A stretch of 64,000 bases of DNA from Perna viridis (GCA_037379345.1 CM074511.1:51466862-51530861); one strand, 5' to 3'. Shown: positions 29,201 to 40,740, counted from the first letter of the stretch. Notes: a model not told the origin generated them from the letters alone. Translations and numbers: made by a program.

Positions 29201-32200
29201 TAGTTTCATTCTTATGGATGAAATGGATGGAAATTATACAAGTTAGTGACACATGTCAAGAAGAATTATTTGGGGATCACAATACAGGGACAGTCCATCA
29301 TAAACAACCTTGTGGCCTCTTGTCTCTGGAGGAAAACTATGTTGTAGTTTCTAGTTTATGAGAACATTGCTAAGGAAAGACACTAATATCAATCCCATTT
29401 ATGTTTGATATATCAATTAGTATATAAAAAATATAAGTTATCTCCCCTTAGTGTGAATTTTTTTGCTTTAAGATAATTTCTAACCCATAGTTTAGACTTG
29501 TTTCATTTTAAAGAGACAGGGAATATAACACAATATGAGACAGGCTATGGCTATTGAAACAAAAAATAAATCTACAGATTATTAACTTTTAGACTTCTAG
29601 TCAATAAGCAAAACTGGTCTAAAGTTGATTACTATACTATACTGTAACTTATAAATATCATCAACTTTTATAGTATAAGAAGAAAATTGTGTTAACACAT
29701 AAAATTTACTTGAATATTAGATTAGACATTAACCAAAATTCTTCTCTGATGTACATATAAATTATAAAATATGATGATGAGTGCAGCTACAGCTGATGAG
29801 AATCTATTATCTCCAATTTTCTGACATTAGTAATAATAAAAAAAGGTCATACACAAAAGTTATCTAGCAGTGTGTAATGAGAAGTCCAGAGTTTACCCCC
29901 TAATGATAATAACAAACTCCAGTACATTTTCTCTCCTGAACTTGGTGTATATCAGCATTAATGGAAAGAATGCATTTACCATAAGTTAAAACCCTTTCTG
30001 TCATTTCTCTACAGAATAATTGGTAGAAATTGTTTTTTGGCATTAAACTGCATTTATGTATGATGCATTCTTTCAAAACTTTAGTTTACTAGAACTGCAA
30101 AAATTGACATATTTAAAAAATTAACAGATAAAAACATAAGAATTTTGAATATCAACATGTGCCAATGGCATTTTGCTATAAGAACTTCTCAACATTTTCA
30201 CATATTATGTTGGTTTATTGGTTAACTTTAACTTGTAATTAGCACTGGAAGAGGATGGATACAAGAAGTAGGATATATAATATGAACAACCTCCATAAAC
30301 CAACTTTGGGTACACAATGTATATTGTAACACTGTACATAAGTCTACTCTAAATATTTTTAAAACAAACTGTTAAAGAAAAATAGCAACTATTGAAACGC
30401 AAAAGTGCAATTTATAACATTGAATGAAAACAGAGAAAAAAAAACTTGATTTGAAGTGTGAACAAAGAAATATCTCAAACACCTGATGTAGAGTAACACA
30501 TACACACATTTGATAAAGGTCTGTTATTTGTTATCGCAAATTAACATAAAGCAAGTTTGTGTTTATGTAATGTTGAACCTTTATAATGTGTAATTACTAA
30601 AACCTCACTCTCCATGAATCCTTTAAGCCTATTCAACTCCATGCAAACAATATCTCCCTTTTCATTTAAAGTTAGGGTTTTATTCTAAGGCAAGAAAATT
30701 GGTATTCACTATCAAACTTGGTCACACTATAAATGACCCAGGTAGAATAGAAAATATTTGATTCATTCATCCATAAAGGCCCCCATCATCTGAAATTCAA
30801 GTACATCTATTTACAAAGATCTGAGAAAGAATCCAGGTCACAAAAACAAAGTATTTATAACATACTTACATCACTTCTGTGCTGTTGTTTATCAGAAATT
30901 TGTGAATGAACAGTGGAAAGATTACAAAAAGTGATTACTAAGCACTTCTAATCAAATCGCAATGGTCAATTATACATTTCTACATTTTTTTTTCTATTCT
31001 GCTTAAGACTTAATTTGAATTCTTTAGATTTGTTTAATGAATTCCATAATTATATACATCCAGAAAAAAATAAGTCGTATACACGTTATTTTAAAACATA
31101 ATTGATTTACTGAAAAAAGTATAAAAATCTGCAATTGTGATAGCAATTATCTGGCTGTACATCTCTATTCTGAACTGCTTAAAAATTTAAAACTTGCCAG
31201 GAAATTCCTGACTTGTTTTTACTTTTAGAACTATGTGGGATAATGAAGTATGTATATAAAAGTATAGAAAAATATAACTGAAATATAGAATTTACAATTT
31301 AATAAATATCCTTAAGTATATCATGTACATGTACTTAGCATCAACAGATATTCAAATAGTTATGAAATAGCTCAAGTTTTGCCTAATTGCAAACTTTTAC
31401 ACAACATATATTTTCATTTTAATATGATAAGAACTCAAACCAGAATCAATATCACTCTGCACATGCCAGAACCATCAAACATTTTATCAAAAAGATGGAA
31501 GGAGCTGACTTAGTGTGTACAATAATAAATAATGCACTGAAAATGTTATTATACTGAATACTACTGTATTATTACTATACAAGTTTGAGTTTTATGATTT
31601 TATTTTAACTAGAAAAGATGTGTTCATCATAAAACAGTAGTAAAATATTACTATCAGGACAAAATCTTACTCCACATGCTGTTAGCTGTTTTATGTTCCA
31701 ACCAGATATAGAATTAAATTGCTATGACAGTCCTTACATGTAAAAAGTTCTTTTTGAAAAAAAATTCTGTCCATAAAAAATAGCATTATTAATGCTAGCT
31801 ATTAAAAGATCTTTTTAGTAATTAAGGAATAATGAGCTGAAGTCAATTTCCATATCAACTGAAATGGAAATAAAAATCTTTTACAGAAGTTCAAGTACAT
31901 GTATGTTTTTGAATGTTCCCAATGAAAACTTCTGAATTATTATCATAATCAATCTTTAAAGTTTTTCCAAGGACCCTCTTGTTGGTGCCTATCCAGACCT
32001 CCCAAGCAAACGTTAATCTCGTTACCTTTAATATCTGATCAAGATTTTCGATAATGCACTATTGTTGTTTTTGGTAATTAATATCTTGCCTTTTTGTTAG
32101 CAATCATGTTGAAAAAGGAGTGCCAATCTGATATTACACAAGTGTGTTAGTTATTTGCTTAGAGAATATGCTTACAATGGGTCGATGCCGTCACTGCCTT

Positions 32201-33214
32201 TGTTTATCGATTTTATCTGGACCAATCTAACGACTTTAATGAGCGGGAATAATCAAAATTATGAACAGTGTGCCGTGATTGTTCAGAAACAACCGTCAAC
32301 TATCTTTGATGATTTCAGCGTTCCTAATATAACAGACGGGGACCACACACAGTCAAGATCAGATTTCTAGGTCAGGAAACAAGATGGCGGCTTACTTGCT
32401 TTACCTTATCAAAGGAATGTTTCGTGAATGAAGGTGCGATTTAATTAAATCTACAGTAGAAAAAAGTGATCTTAGTTATAAAGTTATCTTACCTTCTACC
32501 CACAGATCTTCAACATCAGTTTCAAATTTGACCAACTTGAATCCGATGCAACACAAAGACAACAACAGTAATCCCAAAAACAAAACTTTCCCACAATGTA
32601 ATTGAATAAAACAACCAATACTGAACATATATTTTTGGAGATGCCAGCGTATCCATAACGCACATTTGTTACCATCTGCTTTACCCTGAAAAGACAAAAA
32701 AAGTTTATTTTTAAACTAAGCGATGGAGGTGAAAGGTCATGTTTACTTTTAAGTCAAGTTCAGATTCTGAAAAAGTACCACACACAAATGGTGGAGACTG
32801 TTGGAACAGAAAAGAGTCAAAGGCAAGCCATATTGAATATTCTAGAAGTTAGTGGTACATGTACGTAAGGTATGTCGTATAAACATCATACAGTTGAACT
32901 TCATTACTTTGCGTTATGACAGATGATCTTGCCTGGGGGTAAACGCACACACCGCTTACAATATAAATTCTATATACAAATGTATACTATTTTTACTGAT
33001 CGAATACTTTTCTTCTAATGTTAAAATTCAGAAGCAAAATCAATTACTTCAATGAGAACTCCCAGAAAGCGAAGAATGAAATGAGGTCATCGAGATGCTT
33101 CATTACACATACCTTTTTCACTTGTTTATAAGCAGTTCTAGCATCCACAAAACTAGTCCGAGTCAACAAATCCTCATCAACAAGTGAATTTGCGCCCCTT
33201 CTTCGGATATTCAT
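5144..33214 (-). CDS. ptc: Protein patched (Hedgehog receptor), complete spliced gene, 27 coding exons, 3912 nt, 1303 aa
   Basis: Exons join in frame with GT-AG boundaries. Hallmarks: [13 protein letters not shown], sterol-sensing domain [12 protein letters not shown] (GxxxDD), TM10 [24 protein letters not shown]-tail RLPTPSPEP and [15 protein letters not shown]. Several exon lengths (193, 70, 122, 148, 126, 119, 138, 143, 100) match vertebrate PTCH1 exons as I recall them. Confidence 0.97.
5384..5486 (-). CDS. ptc: patched exon 26 ([15 protein letters not shown])
   Basis: 103 nt, conserved C-tail motif. Confidence 0.9.
5756..6016 (-). CDS. ptc: patched exon 25 (C-tail; RLPTPSPEP)
   Basis: 261 nt, open frame on the minus strand. 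Confidence 0.93.
6315..6414 (-). CDS. ptc: patched exon 24 (TM12; [15 protein letters not shown])
   Basis: 100 nt. Confidence 0.96.
8187..8223. repeat. Perfect hairpin, 16-bp arms and 5-nt loop
   Basis: TGTTCAAATGTCTACT-TTAGT-AGTAGACATTTGAACA. Confidence 0.9.
9829..9837 (-). promoter_or_regulatory. Gli/Ci consensus site (GACCACCCA)
   Basis: TGGGTGGTC exact match in ptc intron 23. Confidence 0.65.
11113..11255 (-). CDS. ptc: patched exon 23 ([10 protein letters not shown]; TM11)
   Basis: 143 nt. Confidence 0.96.
11411..11548 (-). CDS. ptc: patched exon 22 (TM9-10; GIGVEFTVH)
   Basis: 138 nt. Confidence 0.96.
11771..11962 (-). CDS. ptc: patched exon 21 ([17 protein letters not shown]; TM8)
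   Basis: 192 nt. Confidence 0.96.
12288..12376 (-). CDS. ptc: patched exon 20 ([15 protein letters not shown])
   Basis: 89 nt. Confidence 0.94.
12650..12824 (-). CDS. ptc: patched exon 19 ([17 protein letters not shown])
   Basis: 175 nt. Confidence 0.95.
13256..13401 (-). CDS. ptc: patched exon 18 ([16 protein letters not shown])
   Basis: 146 nt. Confidence 0.95.
13573..13711 (-). CDS. ptc: patched exon 17 (FDYPNNQ...[10 protein letters not shown])
   Basis: 139 nt. Confidence 0.95.
13917..14090 (-). CDS. ptc: patched exon 16 (TM7; [12 protein letters not shown])
   Basis: 174 nt. Confidence 0.95.
14718..14875 (-). CDS. ptc: patched exon 15 (STSSRQCL...[15 protein letters not shown])
   Basis: 158 nt. 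Confidence 0.9.
15674..15906 (-). CDS. ptc: patched exon 14 (cytoplasmic loop with PPxY motifs)
   Basis: 233 nt; donor GTAGGT chosen because it preserves the frame into exon 15. Confidence 0.88.
16057..16175 (-). CDS. ptc: patched exon 13 (AAILILFN...RIDIFCCF)
   Basis: 119 nt. Confidence 0.95.
16381..16527. mobile_element. Palindromic MITE-like element, ~50-bp imperfect terminal inverted repeats
   Basis: Left arm CTGCCTGGTTTCGTAAAA...TCTCAAATTGAGATTTTCCTCAAATCCTT mirrors the right arm ending TTTTATGAAACCGGACCCAG. Confidence 0.75.
16578..16703 (-). CDS. ptc: patched exon 12 (TGECLKRTG...[11 protein letters not shown])
   Basis: 126 nt. Confidence 0.96.
16920..17177 (-). CDS. ptc: patched exon 11 (SSD; [20 protein letters not shown])
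   Basis: 258 nt, GxxxDD motif. Confidence 0.96.
17790..17924 (-). CDS. ptc: patched exon 10 ([14 protein letters not shown]...GYILM)
   Basis: 135 nt, start of the SSD. Confidence 0.95.
18442..18520 (-). pseudogene. Decayed partial duplicate of ptc exon 9 (pseudoexon)
   Basis: Translates [22 protein letters not shown] versus [23 protein letters not shown]; in-frame TGA plus a 1-nt insertion; still flanked by CAG and GTGAAC. Confidence 0.88.
18588..18735 (-). CDS. ptc: patched exon 9 ([11 protein letters not shown]...[10 protein letters not shown])
   Basis: 148 nt. Confidence 0.95.
18881..19097. mobile_element. 217-bp MITE with 14-bp TIRs and 5-bp TSD
   Basis: CAGGCGCGTAGCTG...CAGCTACGCACCTG flanked by TGAAT on both sides; internal G20 tract. 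Confidence 0.88.
19940..20061 (-). CDS. ptc: patched exon 8 ([15 protein letters not shown]...[11 protein letters not shown])
   Basis: 122 nt. Confidence 0.95.
21509..21601 (-). CDS. ptc: patched exon 7 ([15 protein letters not shown]...CPDTAPNK)
   Basis: 93 nt, conserved cysteines. Confidence 0.94.
22421..22538 (-). CDS. ptc: patched exon 6 (PLRWDSLNP...MMKE)
   Basis: 118 nt, phase consistent. Confidence 0.92.
24045..24053 (+). promoter_or_regulatory. Gli/Ci consensus site (GACCACCCA)
   Basis: Exact match in ptc intron 5. Confidence 0.65.
24992..25000 (+). promoter_or_regulatory. Gli/Ci consensus site (GACCACCCA)
   Basis: Exact match in ptc intron 5. Confidence 0.65.
25582..25682 (-). 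CDS. ptc: patched exon 5 ([16 protein letters not shown])
   Basis: 101 nt, signature motif. Confidence 0.95.
26266..26335 (-). CDS. ptc: patched exon 4 (TWKFHDICY...IIDN)
   Basis: 70 nt; not in the ORF track, read manually. Confidence 0.92.
26615..26801 (-). CDS. ptc: patched exon 3 (GGRLEDEL...ELIIQTP...MFET)
   Basis: 187 nt, phase 1 to 2. Confidence 0.95.
32493..32685 (-). CDS. ptc: patched exon 2 (GKADGNK...TM1...EDLWVE)
   Basis: 193 nt, AG/GT boundaries, TM1. Confidence 0.95.
33113..33214 (-). CDS. ptc: patched exon 1 (MNIRRRG...[17 protein letters not shown])
   Basis: ATG at 33214, donor GTATGT; resembles the Ptc N-terminal RxS(Y/F)xDA motif. Confidence 0.85.
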
Positions 33215-33469
33215 GGTTCCCGTTGATGAAGGGGAATTCACAAAAATAAACTATGTCATTTGAATGAACCCACGTGGAATGCTGTCCGGTTTATATACAA
33301 ATCAAACGTTGGAATTCACTAAAACACAGTCGAATGTAAAAAGAAACACACAATAACATTTGAATGATTCCTCATAATTCTGTAGTCCTTGCTGAAGTTA
33401 TAATCCAAACAAATCTTAGAAAGCTCCATACATCCAATATCATTCTTTGCAAACTTCAAGACTCCAGAT

Positions 33470-33660
33470 ATTGTGTTAAGCCCCGCCTCTTCTGATGACT
33501 GACAAGATGATATCGTAGTAGTCTGTTATCGGATTGGCTAGATTTAAATAGGATTGCTCAAGTAACAGCAGCTTACATTAGTTGCTAAGCAACAGTTAAC
33601 CGCAGTACGCGGACCTCACAAGACGAAAGAACCACCACGGCGTTAAATAAACGGCATATT
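33470..33660 (-). promoter_or_regulatory. Putative ptc proximal promoter
   Basis: GC box (CCCCGCCTC 33481-33489), CCAAT (ATTGG 33533-33537), RFX X-box GTTGCTAAGCAAC 33581-33593 and locally raised CpG, ~270-450 bp upstream of the ATG. Confidence 0.55.
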
Positions 33661-36499
33661 TTCTGAAGGAATCTCGTACTTAATTGCTGTATAAGACCAG
33701 GCTACAAATGTCACAAGCCACTGAGTTTGTCACACAAAGAGAAATTTGTAGTTTAATGAACTGAATCTTTGCTTACTGAATTATCGTGATTATCTAGCCG
33801 ACCGGATTTTTACTGAAAAAGCCTTTTCATGAAAGGTCATATTTTCTAATTTGACAAACTGATATTGGCTTTTGTATTGTTGTCTAATACGTTACTTCTG
33901 ATTCAATTTTACATATTAATGTAGAGATCTTATGTGTACTTCTTTATTACATTAAAACTAATGTAATTAAAATGACAGATGCTAATAAATTACACGTTGG
34001 ATTGCCATACTACTTGGGCGGGCTGTCACGCTGACGTATTTTTAAATGCCTCACGAAAACAACAAACCCAATTTTTTTGTAGAGATTGATTGTAGAAGAC
34101 CATATAAAAGTGGAGTGGACCTGTATAAATTCGGGAAATGCAAACATACAAATTACCCTATTTCCACTCTCAATCAATCCTTTCTTTTCGTTACATCACC
34201 ATAATCTAGGTTACAAAACTTTCCTTTTCACTTATTGTATGGAACCAGAAAAGTAAATCGTCCTGATTTTAACAAAAAAAAAAAAAACAAAAACAAAACA
34301 AAACAAAAAAAAAGAAGACATTATTTTAAACAGAGTTTAAAAATCGGTGTCTACTATTTATATCATTTTGATGTAAGCAAGTTCAAAGCCTACATGAAAA
34401 CGGTTAGAAGTCCCGTACGTACGAGCCAATATTGAAAAGAGAGAAAATGAATACTTAGATGGAAAGACAACATAAAGTGACACACTTGGACAAATAGGAA
34501 ATACAAGACGGAATCAAAGCCTAAGCAAGCACAACATTCCATTTTTATTTCTAAGGATGGTATATATTCTATTTGCCTTTCAAGTAAGAAGGACCGTAAC
34601 AAGACAAAAACATAAACAGTCCGTAAAGCTGAAAAGAAACAAATGTTCGAAATGTTTGTATTTAGACATGACAAAAACATCCGCAATCGACAGTAAAAGG
34701 TAAACAATAAGACCACATATAGTCTTTATTGAAGGAAAATCCGTATGATCAGAATGAGACATCAAAAAGAAATTACTACAGTTTTCTATTCTTAATCATC
34801 TTCCCAAGTCAGGATTTTGAGTCCACCATCGCTACCTTAACCTTCCGAAAACCATTTAGTTCAGAGGAAAATCTGGAAATTTCAGCTTATGGTTATGTGC
34901 AATGAGACAACTGCTTCTCAGAAAGTGTAATCAAAGGAAACTAATATTCTAACGGAAACCTAAAGAATCTAATCCGGACACAAAGATCAGATATGGAAAA
35001 CAGATACACGCAAAGAACATAAAATAACCAAAATAACACGCACAAAGCAACAAAAGCAAATAAGCAACCCGGACTGAAATGTGGATTTCGTTTTTAAGGG
35101 TGGTTGGAATGCAATATTATAAGAATAAAATATTACAGATATTTCGTGAAGTTGCCAATCAGTATTCAAATAGGGGCAAAGTGAAACCTTTTAGTCACTT
35201 AAAAAAGGCTCCATTAATACATACACATAATCAACATAAGGTGAACCAAACGGACAATCAGCCGAACTGATCAACAAAGCTTTAGACGCAAGTTATATGT
35301 TAAGTTTGTAAGGAAAGAGTAAAAGATGTCTACTTTTTAAAGAAACAATACCATTCAACATCTGCATGTATGGTATGATGGCACATTTTATAATGCAAGG
35401 ACAACATGCCCTATATACTAGTACCCAATTGTGCTGAAGAATGTCTAATGTTAACGTATGGTAAATCTGGCATTTTTCTCCCGAAACTTCCCACGATGAG
35501 TACTGCACATCTTCAATTAATTCAATATAACACGACTGTGTAAAGTTCCAAACATCATGTCGGATAAAAAATTTAAGTTTTAGAAGGTGCAAATGAAGGA
35601 ACATTTTACAAACGAACAGACATACCAAATCATTGGAGCTGCTTTCTAATTTGGCAACAGCGATAAAAATATAACTGACAAATTACTGTTGGCTTTTTGA
35701 ATCTAAAACAAAGTAACAAGAACAGTTAAGCAGTCAATTAATCTATATTTGGGGTGATAAAAACTTAATGTGGATATTGTGAATAAAGTGAACTGTGCAT
35801 TGAAATTCGGTTTCTGTTCTCCTTTGCCAGTATAAATGAACTTATATCAGACTTAACCACGGATTTTTCAACCAAAAGGGAGATGTATATAATATGATAA
35901 AATACTTAAACACACAATCCTGATTTCGCTATAAATGAACTCAAAATGTCAATCTAAACTATGAAACTATCATTTTCTTCTAGTTAAAACATAAAAAAAG
36001 CAAGAAGTGAAAACACTACTATCTCCATATCAATAACAAAAGTACGGTATCTGCATTGTTTGCAGCAGACGACACAGTTAGGAACTATTAGTAATGAAAG
36101 GGTGCATGGACCGTTAAAATGAAATACTTTTAGATCATCAACTATGATTGACAAAGGACAAATGAATAAAATGTGCAATGATCGATATCTCAAACGAGTA
36201 CTGTATAAGGTGTACTTATTTCCCCCCTTTTCACAGTGAACATAACAGTGCGAAAAATAGTACCCGCGAACTTGATTTTTAACACAATACTAACAACGCT
36301 TGTAATAACGCTTATCATTTTTGAATCAATAATAAACAAATTAACAGTGTGTGTTATCATATAAGAAGTACGATTGTCGAATAAATAGGAAAAAAATGAA
36401 AATACAGGAAAACAATTTATATCATATACAAATGACGTAAGGCAATCCATCTTTTATTTCAGTCATATAGAGAAGAAGTCATGGTGGTTAATAAAGTAC

Positions 36500-38400
36500 A
36501 ATGAAGCACATGATAGAAAAAAGTAAAAATCAAACAGATTATCTTCTATTCCGTATAATGTCATACCACATTATTCTTAAGTGACGACAAACGAACATCG
36601 TCTAGCTTTACGGTAAAGCAAGATGATGTCCATAATACCTTAATGACAAACTCAAAGAAAGAAAAAAAAAACTGTGCAACTGTGGATTCCATGGATTAAA
36701 TGTTACCACATGAGGACAACATGAAACGAAAGAAAAGGCCTTAACACAGACAGAGGAAATTCTGAATGATCGAACAATTTACTCTGGCGAGCAATGACTA
36801 GAACAACTGGTGACCAGAAAAAACGTCCTGAGTTTATATCTAATGTAAATCCCTAAAAAATAAATGAGATTCGATACCACTCAAAGGCAAGAATAGTATA
36901 CTTGCACCGAAACAGAGTATTGCTTCCCAACTTAACACCTAGTAGAAACCGACCTTACATAATGCCTCAAGCTGGCTTTGCTACAACAGCGAACAAATAT
37001 TTGCTTACACATACAGGTTTCAGACTTTGCATGAAAGACACGATATTGCCATTTAATCAAAATCGAAAAAAGAAGAAAAAAAGACATTACACTCAAAGAA
37101 ACAAAAGTAAAGATGAACCCGGACTCCACTAAAAACTTTGAGCATGGACCAAATGAGAAAAATACTAAGACATTACCTAACAAGACAACAACAAAACTAT
37201 GACAATGATCATAGCCTTAAAATCATGGTTGGCAAACTAGATGACAGACAAACAATCATTAACAAGACACGACCAAAAATGATAATTGAACTCATATAGA
37301 TTATAGGAAACTTGGCTTAAATTAATCACAGATAATTAGACGGAGAAAAGCATATTCCACATAAAAAAAGACAGAAATAAACTACATAATTCAAGCCCGG
37401 ATAACCTCAGTGTAATCCTTCATATTGATAGGGAAGAACACTCCGGTTAGTCTTACCCATACATGTATCCATCTATAAGCCAAAACTCCTAAGAGAGCAA
37501 CAACTAAAGAGACATAAAAAATGCCTTAGTAAATCACCCAGAAGAATGAAATATGCACCAGCAGCAGAGAACCAAACTTAAAACTTATTAAACGAAAAGA
37601 CGTTAAAGGACCTAATTAAGCATCAAACAAAAAAATGAGAAGGATAGGACATAGTTTTAAAAACCACGCCTGAAAGATAAAAAATAAAAATCATACCCTG
37701 TTGTGAGGAGTACAAGTCCAATTTCCACACATAAGGGACCTACCAGAAAAATAGTAGAACAAACCTTGAAGCTACACTAAAACTCGCGTACATCATTTAC
37801 ATCTACAAACACTATACAAACCAACCAGAGATAAAAAATATTTTTTTATTAAGCACTAGATGTCATATGGGAATATTTTAAATCAACCAATTCTTGCAAA
37901 GGACTTCAATGCCTGCCACATTGAGATAATTGAACAACGGCAGTCACTTTGAGAAATTTATGAAGGTTGTAACCGAACCTTCACCTCTATGAAGGCTATT
38001 CATAAGAACAAATGAACTTTGAACACCATGTCAACTAACATACATGAAAGGCAAGAAAATGATAGTAGCCGGTGTGACTGATGCTATTGGAATTGAAATG
38101 CATGTTCGCTAAGACAATAATTATCACCCAGAAGACATGCACTACACCAGATATAATGCAGTTAAAATCACGACATGAAATACCAAGATACACTACAAAA
38201 TCTACTTGATATACCAAAATTAGCCACGGAAAAGATCCACCAAAGGAAGAACAACATGACACGCATAAATAGATAATAGTATATCACTAGCAATACATGC
38301 ATGGTAGATAGAGCTTTAAAGATATTGAAATTGAAATACTTCAACCAGCAGCTATTCCACAAGTTCATACGGGGCTAAAGTACCAGACTTAAACAAACGG
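36500..38400 (+). mobile_element. Highly decayed LINE-like remnant (possible AP endonuclease region)
   Basis: A-rich coding-like strand bias; ILAKDFNA at ~37890-37912 resembles the GDFN endonuclease motif; no intact ORF; boundaries approximate. Confidence 0.35.
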
Positions 38401-38919
38401 GTACAATAATTAACATGATCATTTCCTTTCTAAATACAAAAATCACTTATATTGGGAATTCCGATTTGCTGTACACTTGTTTGAAGGAGTAACCTCTAAT
38501 CGGAAACATTATAATTAAATAAGTGTAACAACAAAGTTATCGAACACTAATCCGACCCATAATCAGGTCATGTCCAAAACAAATCTGACAAAATATATAT
38601 TACACCACCGGATAGCCGGCACTGCAATGTTCCTGACTTGGTAGAGGCATTTCAAATGAAGTTGCGAAATGGTGAGTTAAATCTAGGTTTTACAGCGCCA
38701 AACCTTTCCCTCTTTCATTCCGGCGTAAATATACCGGTGGTGATTCGATAGCATTTGCATGCAATTGTATAATTGATACACCAGTGGTCATTTCAGCATA
38801 TAGAATAATTTACAATAAGGCAATCATTACTCATTGTTTTAGAAGAAACTGAGTATTTTTCAAACAAGGACTAATACTTGAAAAAGAGTTTGGTAAGAGA
38901 CATTTCCTCATACCCTAGA

Positions 38920-39430
38920 TCTGTTACGTAGATACTTATTACGTTCAAGGAAATCAGAGTAGTTAGTTTTTTCTCTAGCGTAGCAAATCAACTGTGATAT
39001 ATAAACACCATATGCAGGAGATGAAAGTATAATGCTGTACAGGTAAGGAAACAGTCGTCTCTTTATCATAAATCTTAGTGCTCTGTAACCACTGTTGTCG
39101 AATTCGAGATATATGTCCGAAAGATGCAGAACAAGCTGTTTCTGTCGTCTCATTTATCTCGAGCTCTAGTAGATATACTGTAGGTAACCTTTCATCAAAA
39201 GAACGGTTGTTAATGGACAGTACATCAATACATCTCTATGTGAAATGAAAGAATTTTATATATTCTTTACGAGATTCTGAAGATATTCCGTTTCGAATGA
39301 TTGTAAAAACAAGTCGGCTAGGAGAGGAGCACAGTTAGTGTCCAATGGAATGCCAACTTGTAGCTGAAAAATAGCACCTAACAGAATGAACACATTGACT
39401 AGATATGTTGCACAGTTATTACTGAACAAG
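38920..39430 (-). mobile_element. Penelope-like retroelement RT fragment (motif B' to thumb), decayed
   Basis: QVGIPLDTNCAPLLADLFL, degenerate RCIDVLSINN (YIDD motif), SSPAYGVYISQLICYAR...YSDFLER. Confidence 0.85.
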
Positions 39431-39529
39431 ATATATTACAAAATTATCTTATTATTTGAACATTACCCTTCTGCAAATGAACGTCTGTAACATAAACTGC
39501 TAATATGTCTCTGGTTGCAGTAGCGGCTA

Positions 39530-40740
39530 TTGAATTTGGATCTGTTGAGCATTGAAACAATTTCGACAAAGTCTCTTATCTATAATTGCTAGACGTTGGT
39601 CGTTTAGAATTATCGTTGTGCAATGCGACGGGTCGTGTATATCTCCATAAAAACATACAGGTTCTGTTTTTTTTAAATCATGCTTCTTTTTTTTATAAGA
39701 TGCTGCGCTTATGGTCTTTGTCTTCGTTTCCGTGGTCATTTGAGTCGAGTATGACACCGAATTCTTCCGTAGTTGTATGTGCTCCCCGTCGACACCGGTA
39801 TAAATAATATTCACCTCTTTTTAAATATAATTCCGTAATGTGTCTAAATTCCATAAACCCCCACCATTCTGTATTGTAACGTTGATTATTACCTTTCGTG
39901 GTAATTTCCTCAGAATTATTGGAATAAGTAATGTTCCGAAAGTATCTGTTGATATTCCTAAACTTCTGATGTAAGTCTCTACTTTATCATGGAAATATCG
40001 AAGACTGTAAACAGTATTTTCTGGTTCGGGTAGGTCTATTCAGCACGCATAAAGTTATTAATGATTTTTGGGTTTGTCCATATCATTCTGTAAGAAATCG
40101 ACTTGCCTCTTGCTAGTTGGCAAACAGAAAATCCATCAATGGTACGTAATGCTTCGTCTGAAAATTGTGCCTTCAACAAGCAGAATTTTTGGACTTCGGT
40201 GAGTGAAAGGTTTATATGACGGCGGATTCAAAAGAGTCCCAAAATGACTGCCACATCAATATTTGAACGTAGGAAGATTAAGTTTTGGCAACGTGTAACT
40301 AACTACACGTAGTTGACTCAGAAGACGAACAACGTGCTACATTAGAACTTTCTTTTTTTCGTATAATAGAATCTATATCAATCATGTACTCGTATGAATT
40401 TTGAATTTCCTCAACGTCTTCGGAAACTGCTTCTACAATTTTTCGTTAATGTTCAGTAGAATATCCTTAGTTAAAGTGCCTCCAAAATAGTGATGATGTC
40501 TTCGTTGTGCGTGTCTGACTTCGAAGCCTTTGCGACGTTGAACTTCTTCCACCGTTCCTGTGTCCTTTTTCAATAGCTAGCAACTGTGCAGGTATCACAC
40601 CTTTGGTCATTGCACAAAAATGTTGTAGCGAAACGGGCGAAAAGGAGAGGAACGAAGTTTTCGTGTTGAATGGTGTACTGCGAATGGATAATATAATATA
40701 TACATAAATAACGCCAATGTCCTTGTGTTTGTATAGCGTT
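39530..40740 (-). mobile_element. BEL/Pao LTR retrotransposon 5' remnant (LTR end, PBS-like, gag)
   Basis: LPKLNLPTF...WQSFWDSFESAV...LTEVQKF (DUF1759-type gag) and a degenerate Cys/His knuckle ending RLCRNC; ...ACAACA at 40621 followed by a degenerate tRNA-His PBS-like sequence. Confidence 0.8.

Noticed and set aside
33215-33241. GTG-initiated N-terminal extension of Ptc given in the ORF track
   Set aside because: An artefact of alternative-start ORF calling; the ATG at 33214 has good context (ACCATGA).
34390-36450. Several 60-110 aa ORFs and faint NTPase-like peptide fragments
   Set aside because: No convincing motif or splice structure; possibly decayed coding or TE sequence. Needs tBLASTx.
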